NCBI GenBank assembly: GCA_051362555.1 | Contig: CM120647.1 | Location: 13,058,651 to 13,122,650, forward strand | DNA from: Lingula anatina | Lineage: Eukaryota; Animalia; Brachiopoda | Direction of reading: 5' to 3' | Length of the DNA: 64,000 bases | Part shown: piece by piece, positions 44,371 through 57,657 of the stretch | Position numbering within the stretch: position 1 is the first letter of the stretch | Layout: each line of letters opens with the position of its first letter | Notes under the pieces: model-generated | What the model saw: the letters and a program-made list of their open reading frames with translations, nothing else | Databases searched by the model: none | Told to the model about the DNA's origin: nothing | Position numbers and translations under genes: made by a program

Positions 44371-47300
44371 TTATGAACATGGTATTTTGTACTCCTCCAC
44401 ATATTCTTTAAAGTGCTCCAAAACTTCCTCTTCTGTCAGGTGATAACGCCTCAGGTCATACTTGTGGCGGCCATATTTGTTTTGTGGATTTTCCGTCACA
44501 AACGCCTCCATTTTGTTTTTCCCTTGGTTGGTCAGTTCCAGGTCAAAGTGATCGTATATCTTCTTCACAACATCCAGGGGTGATGTAACGAGGTCGTCAT
44601 ATGCAATATCGATGAATCTGTGCTCCAGTTCTGGGTGGTTCTTCCTAAACTTCATCATCTCTATTCCACCGTGGAGGAATGCCCAATTCAACACTTCCCT
44701 TCTAAGTTGCTCTAAATCTATATCACAATGTTTATAGGCCAAGAGTTTGTAAGTTTCACGGAGAGAACAAAAAGAAGCAAGGGATGTGCACGGATTGCGG
44801 TAGGTGTGAACGAAGATTGCGTCGGGATACACCTGAAGTATGGCATCCAGGTAAAGGCTGTGGAAATTCTCCCAAAAAACCATTCGGCGGTAATTGTGGG
44901 CAGCTGCTGAAACCAAAGCGAGGACTAATTAAAATCCTGCACAATAATGTTTCGGGGCTGGGGTAATAAGATAATAGGATAAGATAAACTTAATTTTTCC
45001 ATGAAACTGTGAGATGGAGTTGAGATGGGAAATGCAAGTGTGATATGCCAGTTGAGTAAAAACTCACCTCTACCATTCAGTATAAGTTGAGTTTGCAGCT
45101 TATGGAAACGGTATGCCTCAACCATTTCTTCATTGGTTCTTGCCTCATACCACGTGACATACTCTCCACTGTTGCCGCCTTGGAAAGCAGGTGCCTTGAA
45201 TACGCCGATGTTTTCAAAGAAGTGATGGTCCTCGTATGGCCCTTCAGCATCCAACTTGTGAATGCTTTTAAACTGTGGCACGATTTCGTCCATCGAAGCT
45301 GAAATACGGAAGTTTTATTATACGTCGAGGCTGAAATATAGCGAGGTTGCACTGCTGCATTGTGTAATATGCAATGATTAAACTGGGTAGCCCTCCTTTG
45401 GGTTGGTTTTGGCAAAGCATGGTTCTGACAAAAAAGTGTCCATATGTCGCCAACAACTGCACAGAAGAATTAGAAATGTTGCATGCAAGCGGTCAGTTTT
45501 GCAGTGCGCAAAATTAGTTAAGCATTGTTTTATAAAGTACAGAGAGGCCACGCCCAATGTATAGAAATCTTACCACCAGGGTACAGGACTCACTGTCCTT
45601 CCGGATGATTTGGGGACCATGTGAAAACTAGTGAAAACCGAGTTTACAGACATCTTGAAGATACCTACGACGAAGCGTGTGCCGCGTCTAAAGTGACTAG
45701 AGTCATTGAAAGCGTCAGTATCTGGAGTGGATACCACAATGGAGCAAAAAACAACAAAGGTAGTCACTGACGAAAACCTGAACTACATCAAATAAAAGAA
45801 TAATCTGGGAATCACTTGACTATCTTTTGATAGGGGGGCACCTTAGGAACAATTTTGAGTCGCACAATGAGATTGCCAGTTCACACAGCGCACTTTTAAT
45901 AGCAGATAACTTACAGAACCAAGGAAACGAGCAGCTACCTTGGTCATCAAATGCGACATATTTGGACCACATTGACAATATGTGGTAGGTCATTACTCGC
46001 CAAATCAACGGCCTACATGTCCTGCAACAATACTGAACCAAATTGGACAAGTTTTGACCGATGCCTGGAATGTTATTCCAGATTTAACTCTAAAAACCTA
46101 TCCAAAGGGATGCCTAGCCGCTTGAGAGTCCTAATATCAACCAGATGAGGCCAAGCGTAAAATACCGTTGCTGTAACTAGACACTGACATGAGGGTCCAT
46201 CTCTATTACAGATGATAATTTGGAAAATATGGAAATCCAAAATATCCCTTTTAATGGTTGTCATATGACTTAAAATAGGCAATGAATGTATTTTCTTTTG
46301 CATCACTGGTGAATTCGAAGAGGTTATTAAAAGTAATTAAAAGTATCAGTCAGCAAAATAGGAAAAATTATGAAAAATTATTTGGAAAAAAGCATTCCAT
46401 ATTAAATGCCAAGTCTGTATGTACAAATAAGGGCTGTTTATAGCTCAAACATGGTAGAATTACTTAGACTCACTGTAAGTCAATACCATTTTTATTGTTA
46501 CTTACCTATTCTTTGTGTAGTTTTCAAAATTCGTGGGTCCTCGGCGTCGGGAGCAACATCTGCAACTGGTTGCAAAAGTTCATAAAACTTGAGGCATGTA
46601 TTCTGCGGATCGCAGAATAAGAGGTTTTGGAGGAAACTGGTTCCAGTGCGACAGGGACCAATAATAAAGACCGGCCGTTTAATTGAAAAATAAAATAGAA
46701 TATATTAGGTATGTCATCATCGATACCAAACATTTTCTCTTACTTTACATGAGGGTCATTTACGCAACTTTCATCCGGGCACATTACCGGACCGTGTTTC
46801 AGTGATTCCCTCATCTGGTCTACACATGGATAATATACATGTGCCCAACCCAAAGTCGGCCTGTAGACATTGTGCGAAACTGGCTCGATCATTCCAACCG
46901 GGAAAATTATGAATTTTAAGTAATACATTCTAAGGATTACAACTTTCATATTGATGGGTAGCAACACAATTGAAAAGCAGTCTACCATTTAGATTTATTC
47001 TATTCTATACAGTAAAATGATTCCAAAATTATATATCTGAAAAGTTGATGACTTTCCTGGTTGAAAGGATCGAGCCATTACCGTAAGTATGCCGTCTAGG
47101 TTCCTATAATCCAGTTCACTTAGTTAACAAGCACTAGCTTGTTATGTAGATCACATTACAACCGAATGGACCCGCACACATCATGTAGATTTACACACAA
47201 TTGAATTGGAGATGCGGGGCAAAATAGACTTTCTTTTGAAAAAATTATACACAGAAAACACAACAGCAATATCAGCACCATATGTGTAGCCGTTAAACTG

Positions 47301-48081
47301 GCAGATATCCGGCTTACAGCTTTGTATTACGGTTATCATCAGCTAAGGCACGAAGTTAATGTTTACTGGGCATCTAAAACGTATCCTGCACTGAAGATCC
47401 CTCATATATAAATGGTAATATAAATGATAGACGTCAGTTTTACCACAAATGTCTACGGAGCTTTGTTAGTAGGCCCTATCATATTAACTTTTTTTTAATT
47501 TTCATTTAGGCCACACTTTTTTATTTTTATGGATGACATCCTCTGGGGACCCCAAAATCGGTGCGAGCGGGCGAAAAAAAAAAACAGTCCAAAAAAAAAA
47601 AAACTGCTTAAGAAAAGTTATGTTTTCAGTACACAGCTGGAAACACTAATTTACCACAGAAACACGTATCAAACTAACAGTATTTTTTTATCCATGCTCT
47701 CAAAAATTAAAGCATTGTAAATAGGGCCTACTTCGTAGAAAGGTAAAAAGTCATGAATATATATGCTGCATATTACCAAATCTATTTAAGGTTATTTCAT
47801 GCATTCTGTTGGTATAGCAATCAATAAAACAAATATCAAATAAACAGCGTGTCTTTATTTGTACTCTCAGAAAATTAAAGCATTGTAAACACTTCACAGA
47901 ATTGTTAAAAAAATGAAGCAAAGATAGGCCTATGCTTCCTACTACCAAATCTAAAAAAGGTAATTTCGGTCGATGCCATTTTGTCTACTTCGACTCACAC
48001 GTAGCAGCCAACTATCGGGTGGCCTGTCCGACCTTCAGTCCACCAAATACTACGACGCTCTTGTCGACCCGTTTTTCGCTA

Positions 48082-48132
<51 letters not shown>

Positions 48133-49272
48133 GGTATTTTCCAGGCGATGATCGCTGGCCGCGGCCAGCCTAATTGTAAAAGGGTGATATCTCCATGTCC
48201 AATATCAATGGCAAACCAATCCAAAACGACGGCCCCCGTTCTCTTTTTGACTTTAATTGTCGTTTATTTTGAAATTAATGCTAGAGATGAATTTGACGGC
48301 AAAGCGGCCATATTTCCACGTGGTGATAATACGCATGCGCAGAAAGCTCATTTTCCGCACTCGGAACTACTCGGATGTCTCCGCAGTCGACAATGACAGT
48401 ATGGACAATGACAGTATGGACAGTATGGACAGTATGGAATTAGCCGAGGCTTACCGATTGCATTTTCCGGCAAATTCAATAACGACGTTTGCGACAACCG
48501 ACTTCCTTCGGGGGGGGGGGGGGGGGGGGGGGGGGCGGGGGGGGATTTTTTTTTTTTTTTTTTGGAGAACGGACGAAAATCGGTGCGCGCGCAGGATGTC
48601 ATCCAAAAAATAAAAAAGTGTGGCCTTAAGTTTAATTTTATGTCAACAAAAGAATACACCCCTTCTGTACATGTACTTCATCAGAAACGCCCTAATCCAA
48701 AGTGGCTCCAGAGCCTGAGCCAGCATATAGCCCCCAGAAGATTAATGAACCTTTATATGCGCCTAGAAGGATGGTGGCCATATTGAGATCATGTGGCTAT
48801 CCTACACAATATAAATTCTGACATAATAACATGTGTTATGTAAGGGCAATGCACTGTTCTGTAAACCTAAAATAAAGATATTCACTTGACGCAATCAGTT
48901 TTCAATAAAATAACAATAGAAAAAACTAACATATCCAGCTGCTGTCGCCCTTAAAGAAAAATAATGCAATACTTTTGTCACACCCCCCTCGTACATATAT
49001 ATACTAACCTTGCTAAAGTCAACTGACGGCAGTCGTCTAGATATCGTTATTCTGTTGTTAAGGACATCAACCAAGAGTCTTTCAACCCCCTGTCTTCCTG
49101 CCGAAGTTAAAGCCCTGTCTTCACGAAAGCACCTCAGTAATAAGGTAAGTCCTTCATACCACCAGCGGCCGGTGAGGGTATCCGACAACAATAACTCACG
49201 GTCTTCTTCAGAAAAATGGCAGAGAATACTTTCCTCTGTGAGAGGAATACATGCAGGTTTTACTCCAGACAT
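44371..49272 (-). CDS. Sulfotransferase copy B (404 aa if spliced); exon 2 acceptor reads AT instead of AG, so possibly a pseudogene
   Basis: Exons 49009-49272, 46506-46689, 45068-45298 and 44371-44906 are all open, and exons 2-4 match copy C in size. Upstream of exon 2 the minus strand reads ttctattttat|TTTTCAATT. Confidence 0.75.
45560..46430 (+). mobile_element. Decayed Tc1/mariner-like transposon remnant
   Basis: It has a transposase-like C-terminus (NLSKGMPSRLRVLI) near 46095-46140 and is homologous in inverted orientation to ~60460-61320. Confidence 0.6.
47509..48625. mobile_element. Non-autonomous DNA transposon with TTA TSD and GG termini (Zator- or Harbinger-type)
   Basis: TTA|ggccacacttttttatttttatggatgacatcct ... 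aggatgtcatccaaaaaataaaaaagtgtggcc|TTA. No coding capacity is seen. Confidence 0.85.
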
Positions 49273-50755
49273 TGTTCAATATACTCACCGTACACTCAAT
49301 CAAACAGATTGTTCAGTACAGGCAAAACAATGTTAAGGCCTATATGCCTTAGAAACTTCTATATTAACGCCGTGAAGAACTTGCAGCCAAGAGCCGATCT
49401 GCGAAGTCACTTAATTACAACTTGTTTTTACTTAGATAAATGGAATTTAGTTCTAGGCGTATCTTACATGACTGGGGCAGCTCACGACAATGAGCCAATG
49501 TGTATGATTAGCCGAGAAGTGCTGAATGTGAAACGTAGAGACCCATTTACATTACCATGACAACATTCTGTCCTTTATCGTATCACATACTGCCGGAAAT
49601 TGAAACGAGACTTACAGGGGATACAGATTACAGACTAAAGATGGCTAGACCGCGCTGCCATCAATTGATTTCAGCAACGTTAGTACACACTGCTTTTCAT
49701 ATCATAGCGATGATTATTTTAGAATGTTAATTTCGTGGTCTACATTTAGCTCAGCTTATGTCTCAAATTCCTGTCGTTAGATGTAGATTATGTGCAAAGT
49801 GCATTAGAGCATGCACGCCTATATGGGTAACATAGTTTTCATCATTTTGTAACATTGCAGTTTTCAGGTCATTGCTTAAGCGTGTCGGCAACCAAACATA
49901 TATGGATCGTTTTATCATGTTTTAGTTTTCGCTGCTGGTATAAACACAATTTCTCACATGCTATATATATATTTTTACTTTCCTTGATTATGATATGATA
50001 AAATATGAAATGCATGGTTTTTAGACAGTTTCGGATATTTTTTTCACAGAGGAAAGTATTCTCTGTCATTTTTCAAGCATAGTGACCAGTCTTTACCCTC
50101 AATATACGTACTGGATACGTATGCATCTCAAAGACTAGCTACTATACTAAGGTAACGAGTTATAGTAGTGTCCTAGATGATAAGGAAAGCTCGTTATATC
50201 TTGAACTAAATAGTGCGCTTCACCTTGAAAGACTTTCTGTGATTGGACAACCAGGCACGGCCATGTTTCTGTGATATCTGTTGTATCTTTGCATTACTTA
50301 GTGCGGGTGTTTGACACTGAACACCGTTTCCTAGTGCAGCAATTGCGGAAAGAACTCAGCGCATTCCGGTGGCAAAAAACTTTTTTTGTATTAGTTTTAA
50401 AGTGGACCTTATGTCCCGGTGATGTGGGATGTAAATAACATCTCTCGCAGATAGGATTACGGCCTAAACTCTGTTTTGGGGTAAAATGGAATTTATTATA
50501 TTTCAGTGAGTTGTTTACAATGTATTTATTGTGAAATATGAATTCCACACGAACTGTTGTTATCCCTTTAATGATATTACTGCTTTTGATTACATAGTAT
50601 GTTTGTTGCCACGTTTTCACTATGACACCTAGTAAATGTCACAGGTATAGGGCAGGTAAAACGCTGAAGTATTTAAGCAAAACGTGGTATTAATTACCAA
50701 CATAATATAACCTAAAAATTCCAACCATTTGACGGCTGATAAAAGTTAACACTGA

Positions 50756-53299
50756 TTATAAACATGGTATTTTGTACTCCTCCACATATTCTTTAAAGTG
50801 CTCCAGAACTTCCCCTTCTGTCAGGTGATAACGCTTCAGGTCATACTCATGGCGGCCATATTTGTTTTGTGGATTTTCCTTCACATACGCCTCCATGATG
50901 TCTTTCCCTTGGTCAGTCAGTTCCAGGCCAAAGTGATCGTATATTTTCTTCACAGCATCCATGGGTGATATAACAAGGTCGTCAAACGCAATATCGATGA
51001 ATCTGTGCTCCAGTTCTGGGTGGTTCTTCCTAAACTTCATCATCTCTATTCCACCGTGGAGGAATGCCCAATTCAACACTTCCCTTCCAAGTTGCTCTAA
51101 ATCTATATCACACTGTTTATAAGCAAAGAGTCTGTAAGTTTCACGGAAAGAACTAAAGGAAGCGACGGTGGAGCACGGATTGCGGTAAGTGTGAACGAAG
51201 ATTGCGTCCGGATACACATTCAGCAGGGCATCCAAATACAAACTGTGAACATTATCTTTAAAGATTATTCGTTGATCGCCGTTCACAGATTCTGAAACTA
51301 AAATTTAAAAAGTTTTTATTCTGAAGAAAAATTTTCACTATATTCCCATTTATAATCTTTAACACTGTTCGTTTTGCCCAGACAATAATAGGAAATAAAC
51401 TAACTTACTAACTATTTGGTTCGTGATAAAAATGGATGACAGTGAGAGGTGTGATAAATTTAGTCATAACTGTAAAAAAATGGGAAAAGAAATTTGAATT
51501 ACGCAGTCATTAATGTATAGAAGTAGATATCATTTGGTGCAAAGTAGCAAAAACAAACCTCTGCTATGAAGTATAAGCTGAGTCTGCTGTTTATGGAAAC
51601 GATAAGCTTCAACCATTTCATCAGTGGTCCGCGCCTCCATCCACTTCATATACTCTATACAGTTGCCGCCTTGGATAAGGTTTTGTTTGAAGACACCAAT
51701 GTTATCAAACAGAAGGTGGTCTTCCATTGGACCAACAGCCTCCTGGTTGTGCATGGTTTTCAGAACAGGCATGGTTGCGTAACCCCAAGCTGAAAATCGG
51801 AAGTTTTTAAAAGGTTTATTGAATGCACAATTAAAGACTGTCACGGATATGGCGTTTCCATGATACACACGCAATGTTAACTAACGGTATGTGTAAATAT
51901 ACGGTTTGTTAAACTCTCTTGTTCAATTTCGACTGCTTGGCTTGTTGATACTGTGAAAATGAAAAATGTTTCTTAAATTTTTGTGCTTCTGCTCACAATT
52001 CAAAATAAAAAAAATATCTATCTATCTATCCTGCAGGGAATTTTCAAGCACCTGTTCCACTGGGCTTGCGACCCACTGGAGAAAGAATTTTTGCCCACAA
52101 ATACAAACATTCAATAATATAGAAGGCTGTAATATTCAAGATTGGACTATCAGTTCGATGTTGACTATCAAATAATTTTATAGCGCCAACTTTGAAGGGG
52201 TGAGAGTTGGCAAAAACTTGTTCTCTAATAGGTAACAAGAAGACAGTGTTTGTGTATATTGCTTACCTAGTCTTTGTGTAATTTCTATAACCCTCGGGTC
52301 CGCCTCGACAGGGGCGCCATCTATAATTGGTCGCAAAACTTCATAAAACTTCAGGGATGTATTCTTCGGATCGGAGAATAACAGGTTTTGGAGGAAACTT
52401 GTGCCAGTGCGCAGAGGACCAATTATGAAAATCGGCCGCTTGATATGGATCTGAATAAAAATATAATAACGTACTTGAATACATACAGTCGTTCAATTAA
52501 AAAATAAGCATGTACCATAAGGCATTTCAGGTCCGTGGGCTGTGTGTCTGTGATTGTAGGGGAGGGGGAGGTTGCCAGTCCCATAATTTTCTTTGGTGGG
52601 ATCTTCATAAAGCTTCAGATTTTCCCAGTTTATCTCAAAACTCCCACTTTTCCTTCGGTCAGTACAAATAAATGGTTGCATGTAAGGTTTATCCTAGACC
52701 ATCAACAACCCCCTCCCCAACTCAGCATACAACCCTACACATGTTCTGGGCTGCATACACTATGTACAGTATTGCTTTGACATGGGACGTCTTCACGTCA
52801 AGTACCCTATACATAACTGATATAGCTTGTACCGGTGACAGAGAGTTCCCCATAATGGAGAGTCCGCTTCCAATTCATTTGCACAGGTAAGGCTCGCCCT
52901 AGATTTTGACCCACTTAAGCTAGGTCAACCTTATAACAATTATAACTAAATGGAGGGCTGACTCTCTGTTACACGGACCCTCAATTTCGTTTCTTTGGGG
53001 TCCCAAATAATTAGTACAGGTTAGGGCAAGTCCCATGTATTTGACCCACTTAGGTCAGGCGAACCCTTACCACTATAACTAAATAGAGGGCGGACTTTCT
53101 ATTACACGGACTCTCAGTCTCGTTACACCGGTTCAGTTTATGTGATTGACATTTTTTACTTTTATTAAAATAGTCTTGATATTACGATATAGCGTTTTGA
53201 AAACCTTTTGAAGCGACCACTTTACCAACTCTGAGTCTCTAATCAGTATCCCCTGGATCAACTAAACAGCTGGGATCGAACTTTCGAAGACATTGTGAC

Positions 53300-53340
<41 letters not shown>

Positions 53341-53935
53341 CACCTTGTAGCATCATGTACGCATGGTGGAACCTCGTAAAGTGACCTGATTCAGTGTACC
53401 CCAGCTCGATGTGAAAAGGTCGGTGTGGGTCATAAGAATAATGTTACAATGTCACATTCCGGTACCTTTGTGGAATGTTAGTCTTAACGCTGTAGAGGTT
53501 TTTAAAGGCTTCGTTCTTAATCTTTCCGTTTACTAGACAAAAACAACTCTTATTAAACTTTAAGACATCTACAAGACTGTGGAAATAAAGACATAATCTA
53601 ATGAGAAATTTGCCACCACAGATGTCAAGAGAACCACCTCTTCATTTTTCAAAAAGTTAGTTTCTTCGCGTACTTACCTTGCTTAAATCAACTGAAACCA
53701 GTCGTCTTGATATTGCTAGTCTGTTGTTAAGGACATCAACCCAGCGTCTTTCAATCCCCTGTCTTCCTACCGAAGTTACAACTTTGTCTTCACGAAAGCA
53801 CCTCAGTAATAAGGTGAATCCTTCATACCACCAGTGACCGGTGAGGGTATCCGAAAACAGCAACTCACGGTCTTCTTCAGAGAAATGACTTAAAATACTT
53901 TCCTCTGTGAGAGGAATAGTTTGTCCTTGGGACAT
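50756..53935 (-). CDS. Sulfotransferase copy C, intact, 402 aa (Sulfotransfer_3 / bacterial Stf-like)
   Basis: Exons 53678-53935, 52267-52450, 51559-51789 and 50756-51291 are all GT-AG and total 1209 nt in frame. Motifs: RPIFIIGPLRTGTS (5'-PSB), FKDNVH, YPDAIFVHTYRNPCSTVAS (3'-PB), RFIDIAFDDLV..P...VKKIYDHFGL. Confidence 0.9.
52905..53130. repeat. ~135-bp tandem duplication in intron 1 of copy C
   Basis: ttgacccactta...aacctta...tataactaaat.gaggg..gact.tct.ttacacgga occurs at ~52905 and ~53041. Confidence 0.7.
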
Positions 53936-54293
53936 TGTTCAATATTCTCACCGCTAACTCAGTCAGACAGATTGCTCAGTACAGGCAAAACATAAGCCTC
54001 AGAAACTTCTATTCTATGCCAAATAGTCGATCTTAAAGTCACCAAAAGTTACCTGCAAGTTGAATGTCCTTCATTTAATAGCATGTAGTCCTAGGCGTGG
54101 CCGACATGTCAAGGGCAGCTCACGACAATGAACCAATGTGTCTGATTGGCCGAGAAGTGCTGAATGTGAAATGTAGAGACCCATTTACATTACCATGACA
54201 ACATTCTGTCTTTCATCGCATCACATAATGTCAGAAATTGACACGAGACGTACAAGGGATATCTGGTTTATGCGTGACGATAAATAGCCATTT

Positions 54294-54341
<48 letters not shown>

Positions 54342-54816
54342 GAGAGAAAGAAAGAAAGAGAAGGAGAGAGAGAGAGTAAACCAGTAATAAATTATTCTGC
54401 TAGTTTTCCGGTATTGCCAGGTTATGCTTGCTGAGCTAGTGTTCAGTGGAACCGCGAATCCATCCCTTGAACTTGCTTTGAAACTCGTTTCTGATGTTCT
54501 TGCTCTCTCTAGCCAGGGTACAATTATAAATAAGTATGCTATTAGCCCGTCGTACAATATGACTACTACTAAAACAAAAAAGGTATTTGCTAAAGCCCAA
54601 TTTACTTCTACTACTTAGTTGTCTGTATGTGCAGTTATGTCTTCTAGATCTCTCCTAACAATAGCATGGGAGAGATCATACTGACCTACCGACAATGAGG
54701 GTTTCTTCCTCCTGGCATCATATAATGATAGTAAACTTTTCATCAATTGTTCTGTGGCCAAAGTCTGTGTAGTAAAATTGATGATGGAAAACACTCTTTC
54801 ACGCCCGCCCCCCCCC

Positions 54817-54869
<53 letters not shown>

Positions 54870-55084
54870 GTGGTTCGTTTGAAAGTTATGGTCTTTTTTC
54901 CGCATATGTCTCGAATTTCTCTCGTTAGAAGTTGATTATGTGCAGAAAGCATTAGAGCCTGCACGTCTATATGGGTAACATTTCACCAATCTTGGGACAT
55001 TGCATTCATCCCCATGCACTATACAGGTCACTGCTTAAGCGTGGCGGCAATAAAAACTTATAGCTCCTTTTATTTTTTTATATG

Positions 55085-56253
55085 TGAGTTGGGGTAGAAC
55101 GTGTACTCAACGTAAAAAAACGATTACAAATTTACGTGGAAGCAACGATCAAAGAAACGTTGCAGCCACGTTATATGTAACGTGGGGCTGAATCGTGTCT
55201 TCCACGTAAAAAACGGTTACAAATTTACGTGGGAACATCGTTCAAAGTAACGTTGCTGCCACGTTATATGTAACGTGGGGGTGAAACCTGTATTCCACGC
55301 AAAAAAACGGTAACAAATTTACGTGGGAACATCGTTCAAAGGAACGTTGCTGAAACATGTATTCCACATTCAAACCTCTTACAAGTTAACGTGGGATCCA
55401 CGTTCAAAGTTACGTTGCTGCCACGTTATAAGTAACGTTGGGGTAGGACGTGTATTCCACGCAAAAAAAAAAAAAACGATTACAAATTTACGTGGAATCC
55501 ACGTTGCTGCTTCGTTACTCGTAACGTAGTGCTGAAACATGTATTCCACGTTCAAACCTCTTACAATTTCACGTGGGATCCAAGTTCAAAGTAACGTTCC
55601 TGCCACGTTATATGTAACGTGAGGGTAGAACGTGTATTCCACGTAAAAACACGGTTACAAATTTACGTGGAAACCACTTTCAAAGGAACGTTGCTGCCAC
55701 GTTATATATAACGCGGAGGTAGAACGTGTCTTCCTCGTAAAAAAAACGGTTACAAATTTACGTGGAAACCACGTTCAAAGGAACGTTGCTGCCACGTTAT
55801 ATGAAACGTGGGGGTAGAACGTGTATTTCACGTAAAAAATGGTTACAAATTTACGTGGAAACCACGTTCAAAGGAACGTTGCTGCCACGTTATATGTAAC
55901 GTGGGGGAAGAACGTGTATTTCACGTAAAAAATGGTTACAAATTTACGTGGAAACCACGTTCAAAGGAACGTTGCTGCCATGTTATTCGTAATTTGGAGC
56001 TGCAACGTATATCCCAGGTTCAAACCTTACAGATTTACGGGTATTTCACGTTCAAACCTCTTACAAATTTATGTGGGAACCACGTTCAGAGTAACATTGA
56101 TGCTACGTTACACGTAACGTGGGGGTCAAACGTGTATTCCACGCAAATATAACGGTTACAGAGTTACGTGGGTACCACATTTAAAGTAGCCTTGCTGCCA
56201 CAATCAGTGAGACGGCTCACCACGTGGTGTCAACGTGGAGTTGCTTGCTGGGA
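55085..56253. repeat. 93-bp ACGT-rich satellite (~12 units) ending in a CCCAGC-type transposon terminus
   Basis: ttacaaatttacgtggaaaccacgttcaaaggaacgttgctgccacgttatatgtaacgtgg recurs at 55750, 55843, 55936 and elsewhere. The array ends gttgcttgctggga, resembling an animal EnSpm/CACTA-like TIR. Confidence 0.88.
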
Positions 56254-56439
56254 ATAACTTGAAGCGTATCGTTTTGCAAAACAGCAGATTCTGTTTCTAC
56301 TTCATAACAAAGGTGAGTCTTTAAATGGATTTAAGACACAATAAATTGTTTCAGTAAATTTTGATTTCTTTAAATTCATTGAAATGAATAGGCAATACCA
56401 AGTTCCTAATACGTTGAGAAAAAATACTACTTTAAATCC

Positions 56440-56790
56440 ATTTTTAAAACTTATGCTGTATTTTACCACTGATTCTATTTTTATTCGAGAAAAGAACAGT
56501 TTTCTTCGACTATAGAGCCTTTGCTTAATTGAACCAGCAATATTAGTCTATCTTTGTACAGAGTGCCAAATGTCTCGTGTCCTATCACAGAATAAGCCGG
56601 GGTTATCTGAGATGGTGTGCAGTTTTTGGCTGAAGACAATATTATCTTTAAATTATAAAGCCGCTTACTAGGAAGATATGGAATCGTTTTCGTCTGAAAC
56701 CCCATTCGTCAGACCCATGAGATTGTGTTTTGAAATCACCACACCATCCTCCCACCCAGACAGTATTGCTTGTTAAATTTCTCAGTTTAA
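56440..56790 (+). repeat. Upstream flank of copy D, duplicated at 63690-64000
   Basis: ttattcgagaaaagaacagttttct...ctgagatggtgtgca.tttttggctgaagacaat...cccattcgtc occurs at both places. Confidence 0.88.
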
Positions 56791-57657
56791 GCTTTGAAAC
56801 AAAAACATTGAAAATACCTTAACAAGCCCAAATCCTGTATACGCCAGTATTTCCTCTAAGTCAATTGTCAATAACTGGCAGTACGTGATGCGTAATTGGA
56901 TCATTTTGTTTCGTATTCTTTACTTCTAACACATTGACTCATTAAATACAAATATAAGGCTAGCACAGGTATTTGAGATACAGAAGTAGGTGTTTTACCT
57001 TTCGTGCTAACAATTCCGGATAATGTCCCAAGAACAACTGATTCCTCTCACAGAGGAAAGCATTTTCAGTCATTTCTCCGAAGAAGACCGTACGTTGCTG
57101 TTGTCGGATACCCTCACCGGTCGCTGGTGGTATGAAGGATTTACCTTATTACTGAGGTGCTTTCGTGAAGACAGTGCTTTAACTTTGGCTGGAAGACAGG
57201 AGATTAAAAAACGCTGGGTTGATGTCCTTAAAAACAGGCTAGCGATATCTAGACGACTACCCTTAGTTGATTTAAACAAGGTTAGTACACTGTACTTGAA
57301 CATATGGTATCTACGAAACAGAAGGCATGTTTTGTTGACATCATTGTTCAAAATGCTCTCTTTTTTATATCTCTTTTAATATTTGTCTGTGTCTTTCGGT
57401 AAGTCATCATATTGAAACTAAGTGCAATTCCTACTACCTGTAAAGTTTTAGACCCAGAGGCAATTCAACCTGTAGACTACTGGTCAATTGAAAATAATCG
57501 GCCTCAACTTTGAAGAGGACAGTCTGCTTTCTGCGTGAGTTATTTATCTCAATCTGGTAGACGGATACAGTGTTGAACAAAAGCGGCGTTTTAATCGATT
57601 ACACAACATTAGATAATAATATGATACATTTATTGTAAGTCTAAAACCCATAAAATA

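Noticed and set aside
45560-46430. Tc1 remnants in copies B and D as one ancestral shared insertion
   Set aside because: They lie in different introns (after exon 2 in B, before exon 2 in D), so independent insertion or rearrangement is more likely.
47932-48786. Poly-K, poly-F and poly-G ORFs
   Set aside because: They are translations of homopolymer tracts inside a non-autonomous transposon.
53210-53285. tRNA or tRNA-derived SINE (A-box-like and B-box-like words)
   Set aside because: The boxes are in the wrong order for either strand and no cloverleaf can be formed.
55323-56152. Repetitive Cys/His-containing ORFs
   Set aside because: They arise because the 93-bp satellite unit is a multiple of 3. 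There is no splice or domain support.
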